Below, piece by piece: positions 27,875 through 38,033 of a stretch of 64,000 nucleotides of DNA; within the stretch, counting starts at the first letter, position 1; each line of letters begins with the position of its first letter. The DNA comes from an uncultured Flavobacteriaceae bacterium (GTDB taxonomy: Bacteria; Bacteroidota; Bacteroidia; Flavobacteriales; Weeksellaceae): assembly GCA_963509715.1 (NCBI GenBank), contig CAUPCB010000004.1:3888-67887 (forward strand). The letters are read 5' to 3'. Below the pieces are notes generated by a model. It searched no databases. It saw only the letters and a list, made by a program, of their open reading frames with translations, and was not told the DNA's origin. The position numbers and the translations under genes were made by a program.

Positions 27875-28600
27875 TTATTTTTTTGAAAATATTTGTCCTA
27901 AAATAATACCTGTTGCCATAGAAACATTAAGACTTTCAGTATGTTGAAGTTTTCCAAATCTTGGAATTGTAATATTTTGAGAAACAAGTTTTTTTATCTC
28001 TGGACGGATTCCATTCCCTTCATTGCCCAAAATAAGATAAAAACGCTCTGGAAATTCTGTCTTGTAAAGACTCTGTCCTACCATATCTGTCCCAAAAACT
28101 GGTCGATCAGAATTTTGTAGAAGTGGTACTATATCCTTATATATAATATTAACCCTCATGAAAGATCCCATAGTCGCTTGGATCACTTTTGGATTATAAA
28201 AATCCACACAATCCTCACTACAAACAATCTGCTCTATCCCAAACCAATCAGCCAAACGAATAATAGTTCCCAAGTTGCCTGGGTCCTGCACATTATCTAA
28301 AACCAACTGAATAGGTGTTTCTATGGAAGTGTTTTCTTTCAGCTCACAGACTGCAACAGAATTTTTAGGATTTTGTAATAGACTAATTTTTCTTAATTCT
28401 CGTTCTGTAATTAGATTGGTTTTAAATGACTGAAAATCAGGATTAGATATATCTGTACTAAAAATCTCCTTGACTTTATAAGAAGAATTTTTTAGTTCTC
28501 GGATAATTTTATCTCCTTCAACCAAGAATAAATTGTATTTTTGTCTAAATTTTTTTTTATCTAGAGATTGTAAAATTTTAATAGTATGAGCCGTAAGCAT
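27875..28600 (-). CDS. TrmH/SpoU family RNA 2'-O-methyltransferase
   Basis: SPOUT motifs DNVQDPGNLGTIIR, LGNEGNGI and LNVSMATGI. Two in-frame ATGs exist (28627 and 28600). 28600 (MLTAHTIKILQSL) matches the usual family N-terminus. Confidence 0.8.
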   Translation of the reverse strand: MLTAHTIKILQSLDKKKFRQKYNLFLVEGDKIIRELKNSSYKVKEIFSTDISNPDFQSFKTNLITERELRKISLLQNPKNSVAVCELKENTSIETPIQLVLDNVQDPGNLGTIIRLADWFGIEQIVCSEDCVDFYNPKVIQATMGSFMRVNIIYKDIVPLLQNSDRPVFGTDMVGQSLYKTEFPERFYLILGNEGNGIRPEIKKLVSQNITIPRFGKLQHTESLNVSMATGIILGQIFSKK

Positions 28601-31177
28601 AGTCGTAAATATTTTCAAAAATATCATATATTTTTATCTCTCACAATAATTATGGCATTATTTTATGCCTGTACCACCAACAAAGTCCCTAAAGGACAGT
28701 ATCTTTTAACAAAAAATAATTTTAAATTTACTGATGGCTCTGTCTATTCTAGCGGAGTTTCTGACTATGTTTCCCAAAAACCTAATGGAAAAACGCTTTT
28801 TGTTTTTCCTATGAGTTTATGGTTTTATAATATGGCAAATCGTAAATACGACACCATATTAAATAGATATATGAACTACCCTTCTCACCTTAGAAATAGT
28901 AAACTTAGAGACACACTTTCTATCAGAGCTGGGCATCCAGAATATGTGGGCAGAAGTATGCTTTTGAGTAGAATGCTTCATAACATAGGGAAAGCTCCTG
29001 TCATTCTTGATGAAAACAAAACTAGACTAAGTGCTAATGGCATCAAAAAATACCTGATATACAGAGGATACTGGGATACAGAGGTGGAATACAGCATTAA
29101 GAAAGATTCTTCTGCTAAAAAAGCTCAAAATATCTTTACAATCACTCACAAAGACCCTACCTATATAAGCGAGTACAACCATAATATTCCCTATCCTGAT
29201 ATAATGGCTATTTATGAAAATAATTATGACAAAAGTCTTGTAAAGAAAGGAAATATCCTAAACCAAGCTCATCTAGAAAATGAAATAAAAAGAATCAACG
29301 AGCTGATGAGAGCTGAAGGATATTATAACTTTAATAGTAATAATGAAGAAATATTCTTTACTGCCGATACTCTAAAGAGCAGAAAACAGGTTCCTTTAAC
29401 ATTAGAAATAAGAAAAGACACTATCGGTGGGCGATACAAAAGACACACAATAGGAAAAATAGAAATTTATATAAAAGACAAGCCTTCTGATTCTACAATT
29501 ATAGAGAAAAAAATAGGCGATGTTACCATCAGAAGAATGGACCGCTACTTCAAGTCTAGACACCTTTGGAGAGCTGTCACTGTGGACAGTGGAGAAGTCT
29601 ATAACCAAAAAAGAATAGACCTTACAAGAAGAAACCTTATTGCTCTTGATAATTTTAGTATCGTAAATGCTAATCCTTTGACAAGAAGGTCAAAAGAAGC
29701 GCCTAATGACAGTATCTTAGACCTTCGCTACACGCTTATTCCCTTGCAAAGATATAACCTAAAACTGGCTACAGACCTGCATTATTCACAAATTCTAAAC
29801 TTTGGAATTTCGCCAAGTTTGGAATTTACGAGCAGAAATATATTCCGTGGAGGAGAAAACCTGAATCTAAGCATTTCGGGAATTGTTGGTACGACTGGAA
29901 ATGAAAAAGGCAAGTTTTTCAACGCCTACGAAACTTCAGCAGAAGTTTCACTGAAATTGCCTAGATTCATTTCGCCTTTTAACATGGACAAAATCATACC
30001 ACGCCGATTTTCGCCATCTTCCTCTATCATTTTTGGGGCATCTGTGCAGAATAACATCGGTCTGGGGAGAATCAACTTCAATGGTGGGATAAATTATTTC
30101 TTGAATGTAAATGATGTGGTTTCGCACCGTTTTACCCTGCTGAACTCTCTACTGAGTATCACCAGAAACAAGGATAACTACTATGATTTGTTCCCTAATG
30201 ACAAGATTGTTCGTGATTATATTTTTGGGCTTTATCAAAGTGTAAATCCTACTTTGGTTTCGCAGTTTTATAATGGAAATGTAACTTCTGATGCTGTTTC
30301 TAAAGCAATCTTAGATGATCACAACTTTACAAACAGCCTAAATTTTGCCGACCAATATCAGATGACTTTATTTGAACAATCGCTTCTTAACAAGGAGAGA
30401 CAAACTCAGGATGTTATCATTTTTGGACTAAATTACAACTTCCTTTACAATGAATTGGGTAAAAAATATTTCAAACACCCATTCTATTTCAATGCTAAAT
30501 TTGAACTATCAGGAAACACACTGAGTTTGCTGGATAATATATTCAAATTTGAAAGAAGAGACGAAAGTATAGTGCATGACAATACCCAAAGAAGTGTTTT
30601 TGGAACGGTGTATTCTCAGTTTGCAAAATTAGATTTAGACATCAGAAAATATTTTAACTTTAATGATGGTAAACAAACCCTTATTTTAAGACAATTTATA
30701 GGAATAGGGCTGCCATATGGAAACTCCAAAAACATGCCTTTTGCGCGTGCTTATTACAATGGTGGTTCCAATGACATCAGAGCTTGGAAAGCTTACGGCG
30801 GACTGGGGCCTTCTGATTCTCAGCTAAATGAAAACATCAGAACCTACATGATGGGGAATATGAAGCTGACCACCAACATAGAATATCGTTTTATGATGAA
30901 TAATATGTTCCATGGAGCCGTGTTCACAGATTTAGGGAACACTTGGTCTATAGGCGAAGAAAAAAATGACAATGCATTCAAACTCAATAAATTCTATAAG
31001 CAAATGGGTATCGGCAGCGGTTTTGGAATTAGAATGAATATCGCTTATGTCACTTTCAGGCTGGATTTTGCTTACAAAGTCTACGACCCAAACAAACCTG
31101 AAGGACAGAAATGGGTAGCTTCTAAAATCAACCTGCTAGACCCTACTGTAAACTTCGCGATAGGATATCCTTTCTAA
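28586..31177 (+). CDS. BamA/TamA family outer membrane protein, lipoprotein type (TamL-like)
   Basis: 863 aa. N-terminal signal ends in lipobox ALFYAC. Has a C-terminal Omp85 barrel (GGSNDIRAW ... FAIGYPF terminal aromatic residue). Confidence 0.7.
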   Translation: MSRKHSRKYFQKYHIFLSLTIIMALFYACTTNKVPKGQYLLTKNNFKFTDGSVYSSGVSDYVSQKPNGKTLFVFPMSLWFYNMANRKYDTILNRYMNYPSHLRNSKLRDTLSIRAGHPEYVGRSMLLSRMLHNIGKAPVILDENKTRLSANGIKKYLIYRGYWDTEVEYSIKKDSSAKKAQNIFTITHKDPTYISEYNHNIPYPDIMAIYENNYDKSLVKKGNILNQAHLENEIKRINELMRAEGYYNFNSNNEEIFFTADTLKSRKQVPLTLEIRKDTIGGRYKRHTIGKIEIYIKDKPSDSTIIEKKIGDVTIRRMDRYFKSRHLWRAVTVDSGEVYNQKRIDLTRRNLIALDNFSIVNANPLTRRSKEAPNDSILDLRYTLIPLQRYNLKLATDLHYSQILNFGISPSLEFTSRNIFRGGENLNLSISGIVGTTGNEKGKFFNAYETSAEVSLKLPRFISPFNMDKIIPRRFSPSSSIIFGASVQNNIGLGRINFNGGINYFLNVNDVVSHRFTLLNSLLSITRNKDNYYDLFPNDKIVRDYIFGLYQSVNPTLVSQFYNGNVTSDAVSKAILDDHNFTNSLNFADQYQMTLFEQSLLNKERQTQDVIIFGLNYNFLYNELGKKYFKHPFYFNAKFELSGNTLSLLDNIFKFERRDESIVHDNTQRSVFGTVYSQFAKLDLDIRKYFNFNDGKQTLILRQFIGIGLPYGNSKNMPFARAYYNGGSNDIRAWKAYGGLGPSDSQLNENIRTYMMGNMKLTTNIEYRFMMNNMFHGAVFTDLGNTWSIGEEKNDNAFKLNKFYKQMGIGSGFGIRMNIAYVTFRLDFAYKVYDPNKPEGQKWVASKINLLDPTVNFAIGYPF

Positions 31178-31184
31178 ACTTACT

Positions 31185-31222
31185 AAAAAAGGTTCAAGAT
31201 ATTTTGTCTTGAACCCTTTTTA
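31185..31222. terminator. bidirectional terminator after the tamL-like gene
   Basis: GGTTCAAGA (31191-31199) pairs with TCTTGAACC (31207-31215), flanked by A6 and T5, between convergent genes. Confidence 0.75.
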
Positions 31223-31251
31223 TTTATCTAACTTTTAAGAAATTAAAATAA

Positions 31252-31767
31252 CTATAACCTTCTTGCTGATTTTATCTTTTTTATACTTTTCTGATACAAG
31301 CTGTCATCTTTCATTTTTTCATCTAAGAACTTATTTATTTCATTCAAGTAATTAACAACTTTTCTATTTGTATTAGTTTCGGCATAACCCTCATAAATCG
31401 AGATTCTATGATTTTTACTAAACATTATACTTGCACTATTTTTACTCGAAAATATTTCAGCTTCTTCCATTAGTCCATTTATATCATCAATATCATATTT
31501 GATATATAAATTATTTAAATAATCTATTTCCTTTTTTGACAAATTTATTTTTATTGTCGCCATATGTGGAAACTCAGAATACTCTGGACACTCAGAATAA
31601 TCATTAAATATATTAAAATGATCCACTATCAATTTCTTATTTTCAAAATCAATTAAATATCCTTCTCCATACATAATTGATAGTTTGTCATTAGGAGGTA
31701 ATACTATCTTTTTTTCTGAACAAGAAAAAATCATAAAAAACAAAGATAACATCAAAAGTTTTTTCAT
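31252..31767 (-). CDS. hypothetical lipoprotein
   Basis: 171 aa. Signal plus lipobox (MIFSCS). Very AT-rich, with no recognised domain. Confidence 0.45.
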   Translation of the reverse strand: MKKLLMLSLFFMIFSCSEKKIVLPPNDKLSIMYGEGYLIDFENKKLIVDHFNIFNDYSECPEYSEFPHMATIKINLSKKEIDYLNNLYIKYDIDDINGLMEEAEIFSSKNSASIMFSKNHRISIYEGYAETNTNRKVVNYLNEINKFLDEKMKDDSLYQKSIKKIKSARRL

Positions 31768-31866
31768 AATCTAATTTATATAACTTGTAACAAATATATG
31801 AAAATATTAAATCAGCTTGGGTTCATTTTATAGAATGCTACTGCCTAAATAATCGATAATATTTTT

Positions 31867-31874
31867 TATCTTTG
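31867..31874 (+). promoter_or_regulatory. -7 box (TATCTTTG) upstream of ychF
   Basis: TAnnTTTG match 50 nt upstream of ATG 31924. The TTTTTATCTTTGCAG context is the same as upstream of obg. Confidence 0.45.
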
Positions 31875-31923
31875 CAGATGGTAAAAACAAGGCATATCTG
31901 CCTTTTGAATAAAATATAAATTT

Positions 31924-33015
31924 ATGAAATGTGGAATTGTGGGCCTGCCCAATGTAGGAAAATCTACCCTTTTTAATTGTTTGAGTAACGCTAAAGCACA
32001 GTCAGCAAACTATCCTTTCTGTACCATAGAACCCAATGTAGGAACGGTTTCTGTGCCAGACCCTAGACTGTTCGAATTAGAGAAAATAGTAAAACCAGAG
32101 CGTGTTCTTCCTACTGTAGTAGAGATTGTAGACATCGCAGGGCTGGTAAAAGGAGCGAGCAAGGGAGAAGGCCTTGGTAATCAGTTTCTTGCAAACATCC
32201 GTGAGTGTGATGCTATCATCCATATGCTGAGATGTTTTGAAAACGGAAACATCGTCCATGTGGAAGGCTCTGTAGACCCACTGAGAGATAAAGAAATCAT
32301 AGATATAGAACTACAACTCAAGGACTTAGAAGTTCTTGGAAAGGCTATAGAAAAAGCCAAAAAACAAATAAAATCTGGCAAAAAAGAAGATGTCCAGACT
32401 TATGAAACTCTCGTAAAACTAAACGAGTTCATAGAAAGCGGAAAAAATGCAAGAGAATTCCCTGCGGATGATTTTGCTAAATCAATCATCGATGAAATTC
32501 ATCTTTTGACTAAAAAACCTGTTCTCTATGTATGTAATGTAGATGAAGATTCTATTCGAAACGGAAATCCTTGGATTGCTAAAATAGAAGAGATGGCAGC
32601 CAAAGAAGGTTCTGATACTCTGGTAATTGCAGCACAGATAGAAGCAGATATCAACGAACTGGAAACCTACGAAGAACGCCAAATTTTCTTAGAAGAACTA
32701 GGACTGAAAGAGCCAGGTGTCAATCGTCTTATCCGCCAAGCTTATCATTTGCTAAAACTTCAAACTTACTTCACTGCTGGTGTGAAAGAAGTCCGAGCAT
32801 GGACTATCGGCATCGGCTGGACTGCGCCACAAGCAGCAGGAGTGATTCACTCTGATTTCGAAAAAGGATTTATCCGTGCAGAAGTGATGAAATACGAAGA
32901 TTTCATACACTATGGTTCTGAACTAAAAGTAAAAGAAGCAGGAAAACTCTCCGTAGAAGGTAAAGAATACATAGTGCAAGATGGAGACATTATGCATTTT
33001 AGATTTAATGTCTAA
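31924..33015 (+). CDS. ychF: redox-regulated ATPase YchF
   Basis: 363 aa. GLPNVGKST P-loop and C-terminal TGS-like GFIRAEV. Confidence 0.95.
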   Translation: MKCGIVGLPNVGKSTLFNCLSNAKAQSANYPFCTIEPNVGTVSVPDPRLFELEKIVKPERVLPTVVEIVDIAGLVKGASKGEGLGNQFLANIRECDAIIHMLRCFENGNIVHVEGSVDPLRDKEIIDIELQLKDLEVLGKAIEKAKKQIKSGKKEDVQTYETLVKLNEFIESGKNAREFPADDFAKSIIDEIHLLTKKPVLYVCNVDEDSIRNGNPWIAKIEEMAAKEGSDTLVIAAQIEADINELETYEERQIFLEELGLKEPGVNRLIRQAYHLLKLQTYFTAGVKEVRAWTIGIGWTAPQAAGVIHSDFEKGFIRAEVMKYEDFIHYGSELKVKEAGKLSVEGKEYIVQDGDIMHFRFNV

Positions 33016-33053
33016 TTATTGTTAATGAATTTTTCTCATATATTTTTTAATGT

Positions 33054-33086
33054 AAAGGTCAGCCGCATTTTGTGACTGACCTTTTT
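33054..33086. terminator. terminator between ychF and the DUF58 gene
   Basis: AAAGGTCAG pairs with CTGACCTTT (33054-33062 / 33076-33084), followed by a T-run. Confidence 0.65.
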
Positions 33087-33091
33087 ATTAG

Positions 33092-34417
33092 CTATAAAAT
33101 TCCTCTTGCTTTGATTTCCAGATATTTGTTTATCACCTCTATATTTAGATTTTCTGGAAGTGTGTAAATCGTGAATATTCCGTATTTTCTCAGCTCTTGG
33201 ATAATCAATTTTTTCTCAAATTCCAGCTTTTCAGCGATAATCTCATCATAGACTTCCTGAATATTTTCTGGCTTTTTATTCATTAAATCATTCAGTTCAG
33301 AATTTTTAAAAAAGATAACTACCAAAAGGTGATTTCTCGCAATACCACGCAGGTATTTCATTTGTCTATTAACAGCATCCAGCGTTTCAAAATTAGTGAA
33401 AAGAAGCACCAAACTCCTTTGGTTGATGGTGGTTTTCACATCTTGATAAAGTCGGCTGAAATCACTTTCATAAAAATTGGTTTTAATGTTATAAAGCGCC
33501 TCTGATATTTTTTTCAGTTGCCCAGACTTTTGCTCCGCCTGAACCTTATTCTCTGTCTTTTGGGAAAAAGTCATCATCCCCGCTCGGTCACTCTTCTTCA
33601 AAATGATATGCGAAAGCGCCATCACTGCATTTATGGAATAATCCAGCAAACTCAGCCCCTTAAAAGGCATCTGCATCGTTCTTCCCTTGTCTATCAGCAT
33701 GTAGATTCTTTGGGATTTTTCATCTTGGTACTGATTGACCATCAGCTTGTTAGCCTTAGAAGTAGCTTTCCAGTTGATACTCCTTATATCATCGCCCTGC
33801 ACATAATCCCGTATCTGTTCGAACTCCATTGTATGCCCCAGTTTTCTGATTTTTTTAATCCCTCCGAGTAAAAACTCATTCTGAAGAGCCATAAGCTCAT
33901 ACTTACGAAGATGAACAAAAGAAGGATAACTCGGCAAAGAGGCTTCTTTCTGAAAAACAAATTTTCTAGAAACAAGACCAATAGGACTTTTAGCAAAAAT
34001 ATTCAGCCCTCCAAAGACATACTCTCCCCTTTCTTTCGGGATTAAAATATATTCAAAAAAGGAACTTCCCTGTGGCAAAATGGTCTTTTTTATCAAAAAA
34101 TCCCTTTTTTGGAACTGGAATGGAATTTCATCTATAATTTTCAAATCCACCCGAAATGGATAATTATTCTTAATCTCTATTTTCACGGAGTTTTCATCGC
34201 CATTAGATAATTTTTCAGGCAAAATTCTTTGGGAATAGATTGCATCTTTTTGGTTAAATAAAAGCAGTGAATCTACGATGAAAAGCACCACCAAAAGACA
34301 CAAAAGCCCATGAGCAAACCATGTAAGTTCTGGAAAGAAAAACGCCAAAACATAGCACAGCCCTACCCCTGCTAGAACATGAAAAAATCTATGATTGATA
34401 TAAAAACGCTTCCACAT
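33092..34417 (-). CDS. DUF58 domain protein (vWA-like, two N-terminal TM helices)
   Basis: 441 aa. Has the DDIRSINWKATSK motif characteristic of DUF58. Confidence 0.8.
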   Translation of the reverse strand: MWKRFYINHRFFHVLAGVGLCYVLAFFFPELTWFAHGLLCLLVVLFIVDSLLLFNQKDAIYSQRILPEKLSNGDENSVKIEIKNNYPFRVDLKIIDEIPFQFQKRDFLIKKTILPQGSSFFEYILIPKERGEYVFGGLNIFAKSPIGLVSRKFVFQKEASLPSYPSFVHLRKYELMALQNEFLLGGIKKIRKLGHTMEFEQIRDYVQGDDIRSINWKATSKANKLMVNQYQDEKSQRIYMLIDKGRTMQMPFKGLSLLDYSINAVMALSHIILKKSDRAGMMTFSQKTENKVQAEQKSGQLKKISEALYNIKTNFYESDFSRLYQDVKTTINQRSLVLLFTNFETLDAVNRQMKYLRGIARNHLLVVIFFKNSELNDLMNKKPENIQEVYDEIIAEKLEFEKKLIIQELRKYGIFTIYTLPENLNIEVINKYLEIKARGIL

Positions 34418-34432
34418 ATCTTTTCTTACTGG

Positions 34433-35359
34433 TTAAACATTTTGCATTTTTGATGCCCATTTTTCAATTCCATAAATCAAAATAAACCCCGCAAAAGCCA
34501 GCCCCACAGCCAATAAAATCTGAGGTTCTCCAGCAAAATCCGAAGGGTGCACGCTCTTTTCCAGCAAAATAATTTCCTTCCCATGAGCATCTATTTCCTT
34601 ATCCAAAACCTCTTTCCATGGCCACACTTTATTCAGTGAACCGATGATAAAGCCCGTAAGCCCTGCCATCGTGGTGTTTTTCTTATGTTCAAAAAGCCAT
34701 TTCAGAGCCTTGGAAAAACTCAAAATTCCTGTCACAGCTCCCAGTCCTACAATGGACAAAACCTTTAAATCAAAAGTATCCAGCGCATTCAGCACCGTAT
34801 GATAAGCCCCTAAAAGCACTAAAATGAACGCTCCTGAAATCCCTGGCAAAATCATCGCACAAATAGCCAAAGCTCCTGCAAAGAACAAGAAAATATGCCC
34901 ATTATTATTCACCAATGGAGGAATAACTGTGATGTAATATGCTGTAAATGAAGCTATTACGATAGCAATAACTGCCGGAGCATCCCATTTTTTAATATCT
35001 TTCCACAGAAAAAGAACACTCGCCATCATCAGCCCAAAGAAGAAAGACCAAACCGCTATCGGATGTGTTTCCAGAAGGTATTTGATGCCTTTCGCTAGGG
35101 ACAAAATACTGATTCCTATCCCTAAAAATAAAGCTACAAAGAAATTCCCATTGATGTATTCCCATGCAGATTTTATCCCTTCTTTTCTTAAAATTTTTAC
35201 TGCTGTAAAATTGATTTTATTGATAGAATCTATAAGCTCTTGGTAAATCCCTGATATGAAAGCGATAGTCCCCCCAGAAACCCCAGGCACCACATCAGCT
35301 GCTCCCATCGCCACACCGCGAAGCGTGATGAATAGATAATTCTTCAAAGTCCTTTTCAT
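34433..35359 (-). CDS. DUF368 family membrane protein
   Basis: 308 aa, polytopic. Shows the duplicated PGVSGGT/PGISGAF motif typical of DUF368. Confidence 0.8.
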   Translation of the reverse strand: MKRTLKNYLFITLRGVAMGAADVVPGVSGGTIAFISGIYQELIDSINKINFTAVKILRKEGIKSAWEYINGNFFVALFLGIGISILSLAKGIKYLLETHPIAVWSFFFGLMMASVLFLWKDIKKWDAPAVIAIVIASFTAYYITVIPPLVNNNGHIFLFFAGALAICAMILPGISGAFILVLLGAYHTVLNALDTFDLKVLSIVGLGAVTGILSFSKALKWLFEHKKNTTMAGLTGFIIGSLNKVWPWKEVLDKEIDAHGKEIILLEKSVHPSDFAGEPQILLAVGLAFAGFILIYGIEKWASKMQNV

Positions 35360-35448
35360 AAAATTCTTATATGCTACAAAAATACATTATTTTGCTGTAA
35401 ATCTGCGAAAGAATATTCCGTTTTTTACTCATCAAAACCTACAAAAAC

Positions 35449-35478
35449 AAAAAAAGCCTGACAAAATTTGTCAAGCTT
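35449..35478 (-). terminator. intrinsic terminator after pepN
   Basis: On the minus strand AGCUUGACAAA pairs with UUUGUCAGGCU, with a U-G wobble possible only on that strand, followed by a U-run. Confidence 0.7.
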
Positions 35479-35487
35479 TTTGGGTTT

Positions 35488-38004
35488 TTATTTATAAAGT
35501 TCTAGAGTTTCTGTCAGTAACTTTATTTGCTGGTTGATACTCTCACTTTTTGGATTTGCTCTTAGCAATTCTGCTTTTTTAGCAATCCCGTTTTGCAGCA
35601 TCTGTACGATCATCATTTTTACATTTGGGTTATCTGGAATTTCAGATTTTACTTGCTTCAAAATTTTAGCAACCGAAGCCGTAGCCTTTGTATTATCAGA
35701 CTCCATTATCCAGTTGAATCCTTTTTCAGCCGTAGCTCCCAATTTTTCATCTTGAAATTTTAGGAATGGATAAAATGCCACCACTTTTCCTATATAAGGC
35801 ATCTGAGACACGATTTTGTTATCCACGATTGTAGGCAACAGCTGTGTAATGGTTTCTTCTGATGCTTTGGATAAATCCACTTTGTCTGCAAGGGCTTTTA
35901 CTCTCTCTGAGTCTGTCACAGAAATCGCTGATAAAGAGGCTGCTTTCACTGCGTTTGACACAGAGCTGATTCCTTTTTCGTAGATTGGCAGGTATTTCTT
36001 GTTCTTAGTCGTAGCCAATGCTTTGATTGCTGCCGCCTGAACCAATGTTTTAGGGTCTTTCTGAGCTAATTTTTCTACTTCTGAAAGAGCTAGTTTTGCC
36101 TGTTCTGGTTTAGATAAATCTAATCCTCCAAGCGCCTGAATTCTCAATCTGAAAAACGGATCTTTCAATGCAGATACCAATGTTTTCACAGAAGTGATGT
36201 TATTATTTTTCTTTGCATTTTCAGCAGCATTTTTCAATGCCAAATGTTTGCTCTTAAACTCCTTAGTTTTAGCATATTGCAGAGCGTATTGTTCAGGAGT
36301 TTTAGTATCATTGATTTCTCCCAATAGAAGCCCGTCTGCATCTACATTGATAAGGTCTGGATTTTTCGCTGTGTTGAATGTAAAATCATTCTTCGCTCTA
36401 GCATCTACCCACACTTTTTCTCTTCTTACTTTTCCGTTTTCGTGGATATCTATGGTAAGTGGGAACTCAAAATATTGGTCTTGAGTCTGGTTAATCGTCA
36501 CCACAGTTTGTTTTTTCACTGGTTCGTAAGAATATTTTACATCCAATTTAGGGTTTCCGCTGTTAAAATACCACTGATTAAAGAACCAGTTAAGGTCTTT
36601 TCCAGAAACTTTTTCTAAAGAAAGTCTCAGCTGGTGCGCCTCTCCTGTTCCGTATTCATTGGTTTTCAAATAGTCAGAAAGCCCTTCAAAGAACGCTTCA
36701 TCACCAAGATAATTTCTCAACATGTGAAGAATACCGCCTCCCTTGTTATAAGACACGCTGTCAAACATATCCTCACGGCTCTTATAATCAAATCTCACCA
36801 AATGTTTGTTGTAATTCAGAGGATTATGAATATATGCCGAAATATCATTCATTAAATGATAATCTGCTGCATCTTTTCCGTATTTGTATTCATTCCAAAG
36901 GTATTCAGAATAATTCGCAAAAGACTCATTTACAGTAAGGTTAGACCAGCTTTCCGCCGTTACCAAATCTCCAAACCAGTGGTGGAACAGCTCGTGAGCA
37001 ATCACAGGTTCCCAAGTGTTCTCATCCACAAGGTCGCCTTCCTTTAAGTTCGCATATTCTCCGTGGATTACGGCAGTTGTATTTTCCATCGCACCACTTA
37101 CATAGTCTCTCCCTACCAGCTGTGCGTATTTTTGCCAAGGATATTCATATTTTAGTTTTTTAGAGAAGAAATCCAGCATTTCTGGAGTCATCCCGAATAT
37201 TTGTCTTGCATAAGGCTCATATTCCTTTTCTACATAGTAATCTACTGCGATATTTTTCCATTTATCCTTTACTATCGCATACTCTCCCACTCCCATAAAG
37301 AATAGGTACGGAGCATGTTTTTTGTCCATTACCCAGTAATCTGTTCTCAGTCCGCCATTTTCTTTAGTAGAAGATTTCAAAATACCATTAGAAAGGGTCA
37401 CGAATTTCTCTGGAACCGTCATATAGAGCTCCTGCGTAGTCTTTTGGTTTGGTTTGTCTATCGTAGGGAACCACACGGAGTTAGACTCTGTTTCACCTTG
37501 TGTCCATATCTGAGTCGGCTTGTCTGGGTCTTTTCCTTGAGCATTGATGAAATAAAGCCCTTTCGCAGAGTTAATCGCTGCACTTCCCTTTCCTTTATGC
37601 TCGTTCGGGCGCGCTGTATATTTGATATAAACGGTGTAGTCTTGCCCTTTTTGATATTGTTTATCAAGATTTATTCTCAACAAATCATCTGAATAAGTAT
37701 ATTTCAAAGGTTTTTTAGAGCCATTTTTATCCAAAGCTATTTCGTGAATGAGCATTGCTTTGGCATTAAGCACCAAAGAATCTGATGCATAGAAATGAGG
37801 CGATGCAGTAAGCCATTCCTCACCATGCATTTGCTCTTTTTCAAAGTCAAATTTCACCTTTAATTTGGTGTGTTTCAGTTCTGTAGTCTTGTTGTGAGTT
37901 GCTCTATATGGAGCATTTCTACCAGAAGTTTCGGTCTGTGCAAGGGCAAAATTACTTCCGAAAATTGCTCCAAGCATCATCGCTGAGAATAAAATCTTTT
38001 TCAT
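35488..38004 (-). CDS. pepN: M1 family metallopeptidase (aminopeptidase N)
   Basis: 838 aa. Signal peptide, GAMEN exopeptidase motif, HELFHHWFGD zinc site, downstream E in ESFANY, and C-terminal HEAT-like repeats. Confidence 0.9.
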   Translation of the reverse strand: MKKILFSAMMLGAIFGSNFALAQTETSGRNAPYRATHNKTTELKHTKLKVKFDFEKEQMHGEEWLTASPHFYASDSLVLNAKAMLIHEIALDKNGSKKPLKYTYSDDLLRINLDKQYQKGQDYTVYIKYTARPNEHKGKGSAAINSAKGLYFINAQGKDPDKPTQIWTQGETESNSVWFPTIDKPNQKTTQELYMTVPEKFVTLSNGILKSSTKENGGLRTDYWVMDKKHAPYLFFMGVGEYAIVKDKWKNIAVDYYVEKEYEPYARQIFGMTPEMLDFFSKKLKYEYPWQKYAQLVGRDYVSGAMENTTAVIHGEYANLKEGDLVDENTWEPVIAHELFHHWFGDLVTAESWSNLTVNESFANYSEYLWNEYKYGKDAADYHLMNDISAYIHNPLNYNKHLVRFDYKSREDMFDSVSYNKGGGILHMLRNYLGDEAFFEGLSDYLKTNEYGTGEAHQLRLSLEKVSGKDLNWFFNQWYFNSGNPKLDVKYSYEPVKKQTVVTINQTQDQYFEFPLTIDIHENGKVRREKVWVDARAKNDFTFNTAKNPDLINVDADGLLLGEINDTKTPEQYALQYAKTKEFKSKHLALKNAAENAKKNNNITSVKTLVSALKDPFFRLRIQALGGLDLSKPEQAKLALSEVEKLAQKDPKTLVQAAAIKALATTKNKKYLPIYEKGISSVSNAVKAASLSAISVTDSERVKALADKVDLSKASEETITQLLPTIVDNKIVSQMPYIGKVVAFYPFLKFQDEKLGATAEKGFNWIMESDNTKATASVAKILKQVKSEIPDNPNVKMMIVQMLQNGIAKKAELLRANPKSESINQQIKLLTETLELYK

Positions 38005-38033
38005 TGTTAAAATTTCTATTTTTTGTTATCTTT

